Assembly (NCBI GenBank): GCA_964016885.1
Contig: OZ024747.1
Span: 61,752,001 to 61,816,000 of the forward strand
Direction: 5' to 3'
Source: Eledone cirrhosa
Lineage: Eukaryota
Length of the DNA stretch: 64,000 nucleotides
The notes beneath the pieces were generated by a model. The model ran no database searches. It worked only from the letters and a program-made list of their open reading frames with translations, and was not told where the DNA came from. Position numbers and translations under genes: made by a program. Below are positions 11,518 through 23,500 of the stretch, piece by piece (position 1 is the stretch's first letter; every line of letters begins with the position of its first letter).

Positions 11518-11554
11518 TTATCATCATGATTATATTTAATAAGATATATAAATA

Positions 11555-11712
11555 AAAACACCTTTTATATAGAATATATTAAATATATTAAATTAGATAT
11601 AGAAAACACACTTTGCATAGAATTTATAAAATATATTAAAAGGAATATATAAACAAATTTTAGATAAAATATATTAAATAGAATATATAAAACACTTTAC
11701 ATAGAATATATT
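11555..11712. repeat. Degenerate AT-rich ~40-48-bp tandem repeat, ~3.5 copies
   Basis: AAAACAC..TTT..ATAGAATATATTAAA(A)TATATTAAA recurs. Confidence 0.6.
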
Positions 11713-12427
11713 AATATCATTATATCAATATCATAAATAACTTACTAAATTATATTATAGATCTTTCATAATTATTTTACAGCAATTTAATAGTATTATT
11801 AACTTGTATGTTATAGTAGGGAATGTAAATATATTTATTATTTAAAATATCGCTAGCATTTATTGATCTGTTACTCTATTATTGGGAGGTAGAAAATTGT
11901 GAAACAAAAGTAAATAGGAAATTAAATACGTACATATGTATATATATATATATTTATATAAATGATATTAAATAAATGGAAACTATATTTATAAAACCAT
12001 ATTTATTTTATTATATATATTTCAAGGGTACCAAGGGTACGCTTTCATCAGATAAAATACAAAATTTGTTTTATAAATAGAGACGTACCCATGAAAATCA
12101 TACCTTATAAGTTGGAAATTCACTGGATAGTGGAAATATATTAGGGATTATGCAAATGAATATGTAAATAATTGAAAAACAACAGGAAAAGCGGACATAA
12201 AATGATGATGATGATGTATATATATATAGATATATATACATACATACATACATATATATACATATACATACATACATACATATATATACATATACATATA
12301 TATATATTCATATATACATACATAAATATATATATATATACATATATACACATACATAAATATATATATACATACACACACATACATATATACACACATA
12401 CATACACACATATATATATATATATAT

Positions 12428-12590
12428 CATCATAATCATCATCACTGTTTAACATCAATTTTCCATTTTTGCATTGGTTAGACAGGTTGTCCAAGCCGGG
12501 AGGCAAATCTTGCTCCAGTGAGGATTGTAGATTTGGCTGGGTTACAGCTGGATGCCCTTCCTAACACCAACCATGTTTACAGTGTGGAAC
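12428..12590 (-). mobile_element. Minus-strand SINE/RTE-tail copy
   Basis: (CAT)n-like start, then TTTAACATC..TTTTCCAT..GGTTAGAC...CAGCTGGATGCCCTTCCTAACACCAACCA..TTTACAGTGTG, the reverse complement of the shared tail. Shorter tail scraps lie at ~7718-7752 (-) and ~12185-12216 (+). Confidence 0.8.
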
Positions 12591-12813
12591 TGGATGGCTC
12601 CGTTATGAGGAGAGATAGGACAGTAGGCTGCACCAAACCCATCTCACAACGGAACTATATTTTCGGAGCCTGACTCATCACACAGTGGAACCTTAGTTTT
12701 GGAGCCTGGATGGCACCAATACAAGGAACCTAACCCATCTTCACAGTTTTGGCATCCAGTAAGTTGGCGACGCTGAACCCTCTCAATTTGGATCAGGATG
12801 CTAAGTTTGTTAA

Positions 12814-13016
12814 CCCTTTAGCATTCATATTACTCTATATATACTATTGTATTTTCATGGTAAAGGCCTCACATAATTATCTCACATAATATCGAATCTG
12901 AGATTTTGAAAGTATTTATTTTGAGAACAATACCTTAACATCAGTTTGAGTGACCAGTTACAGCCAGTTTCAACAGAAAGAGGTAGAGAAATCTGGCCGG
13001 TTTGAATATTAAAGGG
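12814..13016. mobile_element. piggyBac-type MITE (203 bp)
   Basis: TTAA (12810-12813) + CCCTTTAGCATTCA ... TGAATATTAAAGGG + TTAA (13017-13020). TTAA TSD, CCC/GGG termini and 12/14 TIR identity. Confidence 0.85.
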
Positions 13017-13272
13017 TTAAAGTGACATTTAAAAAAAATTTTAAATAGAAAATTTGCCTCACCAAGGCACTGTTAAATAAAAAAAACAATCTAATAAACT
13101 AGATAATAAAGTTTGTTAAAGCACATTTAAGAAATATAGGAAATTAAGATCAGGACACTTAGGTTTGTTAAAGGGACATTTAAAGAAATTTGGAATAAGA
13201 GATTGGGATGCTAACTCTGTTAATGGGATATTTTAAGAAAATTTGCCTCACTGAGGCACTGCTAAATAAAAA

Positions 13273-13435
13273 ATGATATATGAAAAAGTGTAGGGCGATC
13301 AATGATGGTAGACCCAGAAAGACCTGGGACGAGGTGATAAAAGCTGACCTTGCACACTTGAGCCTCTCTAAGACAATGACACAAAATCGAGATCTTTGGT
13401 GCTATGCAGTAATACAGAAGACCCGCCTTCCCTTG
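13273..13435 (+). mobile_element. Short RTE LINE C-terminal fragment
   Basis: KKCRAINDGRPRKTWDEVIKADLAHLSLSKTMTQNRDLWCYAVIQKTRLP, homologous to 10390-10550 and 6130-6300. Confidence 0.88.
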
Positions 13436-13724
13436 CGAATGAACTTAAACTTACACTCAGGAGGTTTATATAAGATTATGTCAGAAGTTGTAAATTTAAA
13501 TAGGAACATTTTAACATGAGGGACTTTGTTTTATAAAATCTGGAACATATCCCTAACATCTTGGGGCACTAGGGCAGTGTAAAATAAAGGGTTCCTGAGA
13601 GAAATACTTGAAGTGGATTGGAACTCATGACCCTGAGTATGTAAACCAATACTTCTGTCCAATCAATCCTTCTTTCACCAAATTCTGTATTCTGACTTTC
13701 TTAAACTGAATAAATAATTAATTG

Positions 13725-13885
13725 TTTCTGCTTTTGGCACAAGGCCAGCAATTACCCAGTACATTACTGGTACTTTATTTTATCGACTCCGTAAGGATGA
13801 AAGGCAAAGTTAACCTCGGCGGGATTTGAACTCAGATCATAAAGGGACGTAACTATGCTGGAAAGCATGTCCGAGCCTCTACCGA
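13725..13885 (-). mobile_element. tRNA-derived SINE
   Basis: Minus strand has the B box GAGTTCAAATCCC, followed by GCCGAGGTTAACTTTGCCTTTCATCCTTACGGAGTCGATAAAATAAAGTACCAG, which resembles the conserved central domain of MetaSINE-type elements (assignment from memory). Confidence 0.75.
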
Positions 13886-13957
13886 TACTAATGACATTTA
13901 AACTTCACAACTTTAACAACCATTCACAATCTGAGAAAGAATATTAAAATTTCACGA

Positions 13958-14450
13958 TGTTATTTTTGTTGTTGTTGTTGTTTCTGACGCTATTGTGGTT
14001 GTTGTTCTTGTTGATGTTATTGTTGTTAATGGTGATACCATTGTTGCTATTGCAGTTGTTTTGTTGCTGTCATTATTGTTGTTGTTCATACTAATGCTGT
14101 TATTGATGTTATTGTGGCTGTTGTTGTTGTTACTAATGTTATTGTTATTGCTGTTATTGATTTTGTTGTTGTTATTGACCGATATTATTGTAGTTCATAC
14201 TAATACTATGTTATCGATGTTGTTATTGCTGTTATTGTTGCTGTTGTCACTGCTGTAATTGATGGTGTGGCTGTTGTTGATATTGTTGTTATTGTTGTTG
14301 TTGATACTAATGCTGTTATTGTTATTGTTGCTGTTGATACTAATGCTGTATTTGTTGTTGCTGTTGATACTAATGCTGTATTTGTTGTTGCTGTTGATAC
14401 TAATGCTGTATTTGTTGTTGTTGTTATTGTTATTTGTTGTTGTTGTTTTT
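13958..14450. repeat. Degenerate (GTT/ATT/GCT)n trinucleotide tract with an embedded 30-bp unit (GTTGCTGTTGATACTAATGCTGTATTTGTT) x3-4
   Basis: Direct reading; the 30-bp unit lies at ~14297-14420. Confidence 0.9.
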
Positions 14451-14578
14451 TGTCTTTCAATTTCTACATTTCTGTATTTCATGTCACACTAGATTGTCAT
14501 AATAATAGTTTTCTCTACTTGATGTGTTTCCATAACAGAAAATATGTAAATGTGATTGCATATATATATATGTGCCAC

Positions 14579-14890
14579 TGTGTGTGTGTGTGTGTGTGTG
14601 TGTGTTTCCATGTGTGTCTTTGTGTGTGAGCTTCTATGTGTGTGTGTTTGTGTGCCTTTGTGTGTGAGTTTCCATGTGTGTGTGTGTGCTTTCATGTGTG
14701 TGTGTATACCTTTATGTCTATGTGTGTACATTTATGCGATATGAGTGTGTATTTTCGTGTGTGTGTGTGTGAGCTTTCATGTATATAATGTGTATAAACA
14801 TTCATGTGAGAGTGTGTGTTGTATACATGAATATGTGTTTCAATATCCATGCATGTGTGTGTGTGAGTTTTCCTATATGTGAGTATGTGT
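14579..14890. repeat. Degenerate (TG)n microsatellite region
   Basis: (TG)n runs interrupted by TTTC(C)A / GAGCTTTC motifs. Confidence 0.85.
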
Positions 14891-14988
14891 TGGTAATGGC
14901 TACAGAAGGTGGTTTTTGAAGATCTGAATAGAACATCATTATCACCATCATCAAGTTATTATTATTATTACTGTGGCCAATAAATGAA

Positions 14989-15026
<38 letters not shown>

Positions 15027-15520
15027 ACAAAGAAACTATTATTATTATTAAATAAAGAAATTATTAATATTATTGTTGTTATTGTTCAATGATAAAGCAT
15101 CTTTAGAGAACATGTTGAAGACTTTCACATTCCATCACTTCAAAAGGAATTCGAGAAGAATCTAGCATGCCACCGCACAATAAGATCCTCTTTACACAAT
15201 TTCTGGGGTTTTTTCTCAGCAGTTTTTAATAACAAATTACATCTAAAATTCATAATTAATTCTTTCTCGGTGTAATTTGAATTGTATTAATTGAAAAACA
15301 GAAAGAAAAACAAGAATATATTATTTAATGGAAGACAAATAAATGAGGAGAAACATAAAATAGAGACATTTTCTGCTTGAAGTTTCAAATATCAGCAATC
15401 AACATCAATTGAGATGTTGTGAGTGTCATGCATTCTTGAGAGGAATTAGAAATGTAAGTCAAATAATTCAAATTCTCATAAGCTGAGCTAAATTTATTTT
15501 TAAAACATAGATGCAGAGTG

Positions 15521-16920
15521 TATCAATCAGTACTACATTTCACAGTATATATATCAGCCAGTATTACATTTCACAGTATTTATCAATCAGTACTACATTT
15601 CACAGTATTTATCAATCAGTACTACATTTCACAGTATTTATCAATCAGTACTACATTTCACAGTATTTATCAATCAGTACTACATTTCACAGTATTTATC
15701 AATCAGTACTACATTTCACAGTATTTATCAATCAGTACTACATTTCACAGTATTTATCAACCAGTACTACATTTCACAGTATTTATCAATCAGTACTACA
15801 TTTCACAGTATTTATCAACCAGTACTACATTTCACAGTATTTATCAATCAGTACTACATTTCACAGTATTATATATCAGCACGTACTAAACTTCACAGTA
15901 TTTATCAATCAGTACTAAATTTCACAGTATATAACAATCAGTACTACATTTCACTGTATTTATCAATCAGTACTACATTTCACAGCATTTATCAATCAGT
16001 ACTACATTTCACAATATTTATCAATCAGTACTACATTTCACAATATTTATCAATCAGTACTACATTTCACAGTATTTATCAATCAGCCAGTACTGCATTT
16101 CACTGTATATATATCAGCCTTTACTACATTTCACATTATTCATCAATCAGTACTACATTTCACAGTATTATATATCAGCCACTACTACATTTCACAGTAT
16201 TTATTAATCAGTACTACATTTCACAGTATTTATCAGCCGGTACTACATATCACAGTAGTATATATTAGCCAGTACTACATTTCACAGTAGTATATATCAG
16301 CCAGTACTAATTTCACCGCATTTATCAATCAGTGCTACATTTCACAGTATTTATCAATCAGTACTACATTTCACAGTATTTATCAATCAGTACTGCATTT
16401 CACAGTATTTATCAATCAGTACTACATTTCACAGTATTTATCAATCAGTACTACATTTCACAGTATTTATCAATCAGCCAGTACTACATTTCAATGTATA
16501 TATATCAGCCAGTACTACATTTCACAGTATTTATTAATCAGTACTAGATTTCACAGTAGTATATATTAGCCAGTACTACATTTCACAGTAGTATATATTA
16601 GCCAGTACTACATTTCACAGCATTTAGTAGTGATTGCACTACAACAATTCACAGTATTTATCAGTCAGTACTTCATTTCACAGTATTATATATCAGCCAG
16701 TACTACGTTTCACAGCATTTATCAATCAGTACTACATTTCATGGTATTTATCAATCAGTATTTATCAGCCAGTACCACATTTCACAGTATTATATATCAG
16801 CCAGTACTACATTTCACAGTATTTAACAATCAGTACTACATTTCACAGTAGTATATACATTTCACAGTACTGCATTTCACAGTATATGTCAATCAGTACT
16901 AGATTTCACAGTATTTATCA
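15521..16920. repeat. 29-bp AT-rich minisatellite (TATCAATCAGTACTACATTTCACAGTATT) with 33-bp variants, ~46 copies
   Basis: Near-perfect 29-bp period at 15570-15870. TATATATCAGCCAG variants and point changes increase towards 16900. Confidence 0.97.
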
Positions 16921-16936
16921 AATACTGTGAAATGCA

Positions 16937-17587
16937 GACCCGGCTATGGGCTCGACCCTGCTATGGGCTCGACCCGGTATGGGCTCGTCCCGGCTATGGG
17001 CTCGACCCGGCTATGGGCTCGACCCGGCTATGGGCTCGACCCGGCTAGGGGCTCGACCCGGCTAGGGGCTCCACCCGGCTATGGGCTCGACACGGCTATG
17101 GGCTCGACCCGGCTATGGGCTCGACCCCGCTATGTGCTCGACCCGGCTATGGGCTCGACCCACTATGGGCTCGACCCGGCTATGGGCTCGTCCTAACGGT
17201 GGGCTCGACCTGGCTATGGGCTCGCCCCAGCTATGGCCTCGACTCGGCTATGGGCTCGTCCCGGCTATGGGCTCGACCAGGCTATGGGCTCGTCCCGGCA
17301 TTGGACTCGGCCCGGCTATGGGCTCGACCCGGCTATGGGCTCGACCCTGCTATAGGCTCGCCCCGGCTATGGGCTCGACCCGGATATCGGCTCGACCCTG
17401 CTATGGGCACGACCCGGCTATGGGCTCGACCCGGCTATGGCCTCGTCCCGGCTTAGGGCTCGACCCGGCTTAGGGCTCGACCCGGCTATGGGCTCGACCC
17501 GGCTAAGGGCTCGACCCGGCTATGGACTCCACACGGCTATCGGCTCTACCCGGCTATGGGCTCGTCCCGGCTATGGGCTCGACCCGG
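16937..17587. repeat. 17-bp GC-rich satellite A (GACCCGGCTATGGGCTC), ~38 diverged copies
   Basis: 17-bp period throughout; many copies carry 1-3 substitutions. Confidence 0.97.
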
Positions 17588-20500
17588 ACTCAGCCTCGTT
17601 CTGGACTCAGCCTCGTTCTGGACGCAACCTCGTTCTGGACGCAGCCTCGTTCTGGACTCAGCCTCGTTCTGGACTCAGCCTCGTTCTGGACGCAGCCTCG
17701 TTCTGGACGCAGCCTCGTTCTGGACTCAGCCTCGTTCTGGACGCAGCCTCGTTCTGGACTCAGCCTCGTTCTGGACGCAGCCTCGTTCTGGACTCAGCCT
17801 CGTTCTGGACTCAGCCTCGTTCTGGACTCAGCCTCGTTCTGGACACAGCCTCGTTCTGGACACAGCCTCGTTCTGAACTCAGCCTCGTTCTGGACACAGC
17901 CTCGTTCTGGACTCAGCCTCGTTCTGGTCTCAGCCTCGTTCTGGAATCAGCCTCGTTATGGACGCAGCCTCGTTCTGGAATCAGCCTCGTTCTGGACGCA
18001 GCCCCGTTCTGAACTCAGCCTCGTTTTCGATACAGCCTTGTTCTGGACTCAGCCTCGTTCTGGACGCAGCCTCGTTCTGGACGCAGCCTCGTTCTGGACG
18101 CAGCCTCGTTCTGGACGCCGCCTGGATCTGGACGCAGCCTCGTTCTTGACGCAGCCTCGTTCTGGACTCAGCCTCGTTCTGGACGCAGCCTCGTTCTGGA
18201 CGCAGCCTCGTTCTGGACTCAGCCTCGTTCTGGACTCAGCCTCGTTCTGGACTCAGCCTCGTTCTGGACTCAGCTTCGTTCTGGACTCAGCTTCGTTCTG
18301 GTCTCAGCCTCGTTCTGGACTCAGCCTCGTTCTGGACTCAGCCTCGTTCTGGACTCAGCCTCGTTCTGGACGCAACCTCGTTCTGGACGCAGCCTCGTTC
18401 TGGACTAAGCCTCGTTCTGGACTCAGCCTTGTTCTGGACTCAGCCTCGTTCAGGTCTCAGCCTCGTTCTGGACTCAGCCTCGTTCTCGACACAGCCTCGT
18501 TCTGGACTCAGCCTCGTTCTGGACTCAGCCTCGTTCTGGACGCAACCTCGTTCTTGACGCAGCCTCGTTCTGGACGCCGCCTGGATCTGGATGCAGCCTC
18601 GTTCTTGACGCAGCCTCGTTCTGGACTCAGCCTCGTTCTGGTCTCAGCCTCGTTCTGGAATCAGCCTCGTTATGGACGCAGCCTCGTTCTGGAATCAGCC
18701 TCGTTCTGGACGCAGCCCCGTTCTGAACTCAGCCTCGTTTTCGACACAGCCTTGTTCTGGACTCAGCCTCGTTCTGGACGCCGCCTCGTTCTGGACTCAG
18801 CCTCGTTCTGGACGCAGCCTCGTTCTGGACGCAGCCTCGTTCTGGACTCAGCCTCGTTCTGGACACAGCCTCGTTCTGGACTCAGCCTCGTTCTGGACGC
18901 AGCCTCGTTCTGGACTCAGCCTCGTTCTGGACTCAGCCTCGTTCTGGACTCAGCCTCGTTCTGGACACAGCCTCGTTCTGAACTCAGCCTCGTTCTGGAC
19001 ACAGCCTCGTTCTGGACTCAGCCTCGTTCTGGACTCAGCCTCGTTCTGGACTCAGCCTCGTTCTGGACTCAGCCTCGTTCCGGACACAACCTCGTTCTGG
19101 ACACAGCCTCGTTCTGAACTCAGCCTCGTTCTGGACACAGCCTCGTTCTGGACTCAGCCTCGTTCTGGACGCAGCCTCGTTCTGGACTCAGCCTCGTTCT
19201 GGACTCAGCCTCGTTCTGGACTCAGCCTCGTTCTGGACTCAGCCTCGTTCTGGACACAGCCTCGTTCTGGACACAGCCTCGTTCTGAACTCAGCCTCGTT
19301 CTGGACACAGCCTCGTTCTGGACTCAGCCTCGTTCTGGACTCAGCCTCGTTCTGGACTCAGCCTCGTTCTGGTCTCAGCCTCGTTCTGGACTCAGCCTCG
19401 TTCTCGACACAGCCTCGTTCTGGACTCAGCCTCGTTCTGGACTCAGCCTCGTTCTGGACGCAACCTCGTTCTGGACGCAGCCTCCTTCTGGACTCAGCCT
19501 CGTTCTGGACTCAGCCTCGTTCTGGACACAGCCTCGTTCTGAACTCAGCCTCGTTCTGGACACAGCCTCGTTCTGGACTCAGCCTCGTTCTGGACTCAGC
19601 CTCGTTCTGGACTCAGCCTCGTTCTGGACTCAGCCTCGTTCTGGACACAGCCTCGTTCTGGACACAGCCTCGTTCTGAACTCAGCCTCGTTCTGGACACA
19701 GCCTCGTTCTGGACTCAGCCTCGTTCTGGACGCAGCCTCGTTCTGGACTCAGCCTCGTTCTGGACGCAGCCTCGTTCTGGACGCAGCCTCGTTCTGGACT
19801 CAGCCTCGTTCTGGACTCAGCCTCGTTCTGGACTCAGCCTCGTTCTGGACGCAGCCTCGTTCTGGACGCAGCCTCGTTCTGGACTAAGCCTCGTTCTGGA
19901 CGCAGCCTCGTTCTGGACTCAGCCTCGTTCTGGACTCAGCCTCGTTCTGGACTCAGCCTCGTTCTGGACTCAGCCTCGTTCTGGACTCAGCCTCGGTCTG
20001 GACACAGCCTCGTTCTGGACTCAGCCTCGTTCTGGACTCAGCCTCGTTCTGGACTCAGCCTCGTTCTGGACTCAGCCTCGTTCTGGACTCAGCCTCGTTC
20101 TGGACACAGCCTCGTTCTGGACACAGCCTCGTTCTGAACTCAGCCTCGTTCTGGACACAGCCTCGTTCTGGACTCAGCCTCGTTCTGGACTCAGCCTCGT
20201 TCTGGACTTAGCCTCGTTCTCGACACAGCCTCGTTCTGGACTCAGCCTCGTTCTGGACTCAGCCTCGTTCTGGACGCAACCTCGTTCTGGACGCAGCCTC
20301 GTTCTGGACTCAGCCTCGTTCTGGACTCAGCCTCGTTCTGGACACAGCCTCGTTCTGAACTCAGCCTCGTTCTGGACACAGCCTAGTTCTGGACTCAGCC
20401 TCGTTGTGGACTCAGCCTCGTTCTGGACTCAGCCTCGTTCTGGACTCAGCCTCGTTCTGGACACAGCCTCGTTCTGGACACAGCCTCGTTCTGAACTCAG

Positions 20501-23500
20501 CCTCGTTCTGGACACAGCCTCGTTCTGGACTCAGCCTCGTTCTGGACGCAGCCTCGTTCTGGACTCAGCCTCGTTCTGGACGCAGCCTCGTTCTGGACGC
20601 AGCCTCGTTCTGGACTCAGCCTCGTTCTGGACTCAGCCTCGTTCTGGACTCAGCCTCGTTCTGGACTCAGCCTTGTTCTGGACGCAGCCTTGTTCTGGAC
20701 GCAGCCTCGTTCTGGACTCAGCCTCGTTCTGGACGCAGCCTCGTTCTGGACTCAGCCTCGTTCTGGACTCAGCCTCGTTCTGGACTCAGCCTCGTTCTGG
20801 ACTCAGCCTCGGTCTGGACACAGCCTCGTTCTGGACTCAGCCTCGTTCTGGACTCAGCCTCGTTCCGGACACAGCCTCGTTCTGGACGCAGCCTCGTTCT
20901 GAACTGAGCCTCGTTCTGGGCGCAGCCTCGTTCTGGACGCAGCCTCGTTTGGACTCAGCCTCGTTCTGGACACAGCCTCGTTCTGGACTCAGCCTCGTTC
21001 TGGACTCAGCCTCGTTCTGAACTCAGCCTCGTTCTGGACGCAGCCTCGTTCTGGACTCAGCCTCGTTCTGGACTCAGCCTCGTTCTGGACTCAGCCTCGT
21101 TCTGGACACAGCCTCGTTCTGGACTCAGCCTCGTTCTGGACGCAGCCTCGTTCTGGACGCAGCCTCGTTCTGGACGCAGCCTCGTTCTGGACGCAGCCTC
21201 GTTCTGGACGCAGCTTCGTTCTGAACTCAGCCTCGTTCTGGACGCAGCCTCGTTCTGGACTCAGCCTCGTTCTGGACTCAGCCTCGTTCTGGACGCAGCC
21301 TCGTTCTGGACTCAGCCTCGTTCTGGACTCAGCCTCGTTCTGGACTCAGCCTCGTTCTCAACTCAGCCTCGTTCTGGACTCAGCCTCGTTCTGGACGCAG
21401 CCTCGTTCTGGACGCAGCCTCGTTCTGGACTCAGCCTCGTTCTGGACGCAGCCTCGTTCTGGACTCAGCCTCGTTCTGGACGCAGCCTCGTTCGGGACTC
21501 AGCCTCGTTCTGGACTCAGCCTCGTTCTGGACTCAGCCTCGTTCTGGACTCAGCCTCGTTCTGGACGCAGCCTCGTTCTGGACTCAGCCTCGTTCTGGAC
21601 TCAGTCTCGTTCTGGACTCAGCCTCGTTCTGGACACAGCCTCGTTCTGAACTCAGCCTCGTTCTGGACACAGCCTCGTTCTGGACTCAGCCTCGTTCTGG
21701 ACGCAGCCTCGTTCTGGACTCAGCCTCGTTCTGGACGCAGCCTCGTTCTGGACGCAGCCTCGTTCTGGACTCAGCCTCGTTCTGGACTCAGCCTCGTTCT
21801 GGACTCAGCCTCGTTCTGGACTCAGCCTCGTTCTGGACGCAGCCTCGTTCTGGACGCAGCCTCGTTCTGGACTCAGCCTCGTTCTGGACGCAGCCTCGTT
21901 CTGGACTCAGCCTCGTTCTGGACTCAGCCTCGTTCTGGACTCAGCCTCGTTCTGGACTCAGCCTCGGTTTGGACACAGCCTCGTTCTGGACTCAGCCTCG
22001 TACAGGACTCAGCCTCGTTCCGGACACAGCCTCGTTCTGGACGCAGCCTCGTTCTGAACGCAGCCTCGTTCTGGGCTCAGCCTCGTTCTGGACGCAGCCT
22101 CGTTTGGACTCAGCCTCGTTCTGGACACAGCCTCGTTCTGGACTCAGCCTCGTTCTGGACTCAGCCTCGTTCTGAACTCAGCCTCCTTCTGGACGCAGCC
22201 TCGTTCTGGACTCAGCCTCGTTCTGGACTCAGCCTCGTTCTGGACTCAGCCTCGTTCTGGACACAGCCTCGTTCTGGACTCAGCCTCGTTCTGGACTCAG
22301 CCTCGTTCTGGGCGCAGCCTCGTTCTGGACGCAGCCTCGTTCTGGACGCAGCCTCGTTCTGGACGCAGCTTCGTTCTGGACTCAGCCTCGTTCTGGAAGC
22401 AGCCTCGTTCTGGACTCAGCCTCGTTCTGGACTCAGCCTCGTTCTGGACTCAGCCTCGTTCTCAACTCAGCCTCGTTCTGGACTCAGCCTCGTTCTGGAC
22501 GCAGCCTCGTTCTGGACGCAGCCTCGTTCTGGACTCAGCCTCGTTCTGGACGCAGCCTCGTTCTGGACTCAGCCTCGTTCTGGACGCAGCCTCGTTCGGG
22601 ACTCAGCCTCGTTCTGGACTCAGCCTCGTTCTGGACTCAGCCTCGTTCTGGACTCAGCCTCGTTCTGGACGCAGCCTCGTTCTGGACTCAGCCTCGTTCT
22701 GGACTCAGCCTCGTTCTGGACTCAGCCTCGTTCTGGAGACAGCCTCGTTCTGAACTCAGCCTCGTTCTGGACACAGCCTCGTTCTGGACTCAGCCTCGTT
22801 CTGGACTCAGCCTCGTTCTGGACTCAGCCTCGTTCTGGACGCAGCCTCGTTCTGGACTCAGCCTCGTTCTGGACTCAGCCTCGTTCTGGACTCAGCCTCG
22901 TTCTGGACGCAACCTCGTTCTGGACTCAGCCTCGTTCTGGATTCAGCCTCGTTCTGGACTCAGCCTCGTTCTGGACTCAGCCTCGTTCTGGACTCAGCCT
23001 CGTTCTGGACGCAGCCTCGTTCTGGACTCAGCCTCGTTCTGGACTCAGCCTCGTTCTGGACACAGCCTCGTTCTGGACTCAGCCTCGTTCTGGACTCAGC
23101 CTCGTTCTGGACTCAGCCTCGTTCTGGACGCAGCCTCGTTCTGGACGCAGCCTCGTTCTGGACGCAGCCTCGTTCTGGACTCAGCCTCGTTCTGGACTCA
23201 GCCTCGTTCTGGACTCAGCCTCGTTCTGAACTCAGCCTCGTTCTGGACTCAGCCTCGTTCTGGACTCAGCCTCGTTCTGGACACAGCCTCGTTCTGAACT
23301 CAGCCTCGTTCTGGACTCAGCCTCGTTCTGGTCTCAGCCTCGTTCTGGAATCAGCCTCGTTATGGACGCAGCCTCGTTCTGGAATCAGCCTCGTTCTGGA
23401 CGCAGCCTCGTTCTGAACTCAGCCTCGTTCTCGACACAGCCTCGTTCTGGACTCAGCCTCGTTCTGGACGCAACCTCGGTCTGGACTCAGCCTCGTTCTG

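Noticed and set aside
13048-13275. ~36-bp direct repeats AAAATTTGCCTCAC..AGGCACTG.TAAATAAAAAA as LTRs or a TSD
   Set aside because: They are part of a degenerate local tandem duplication (TGTTAAAGGGACATTT units), with no TG..CA ends, PBS or PPT.
15100-15265. Open stretch EHVEDFHIPSLQKEFEKNLACHRTIRSSLHNFWGFF after a TTTAG
   Set aside because: No recognisable homology, weak polypyrimidine tract, and no clear donor or partner exons. RNA-seq or tBLASTn would be needed.
15521-16920. 29-bp repeat as a CRISPR array (likewise the 60-bp and 17-bp repeats)
   Set aside because: Units are head-to-tail with no unique spacers and no cas genes, in a eukaryotic context.
17452-17476. TTAGGG within two satellite A variants
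   Set aside because: These are isolated hexamers arising from TATGGG variation, not tandem telomeric repeats.
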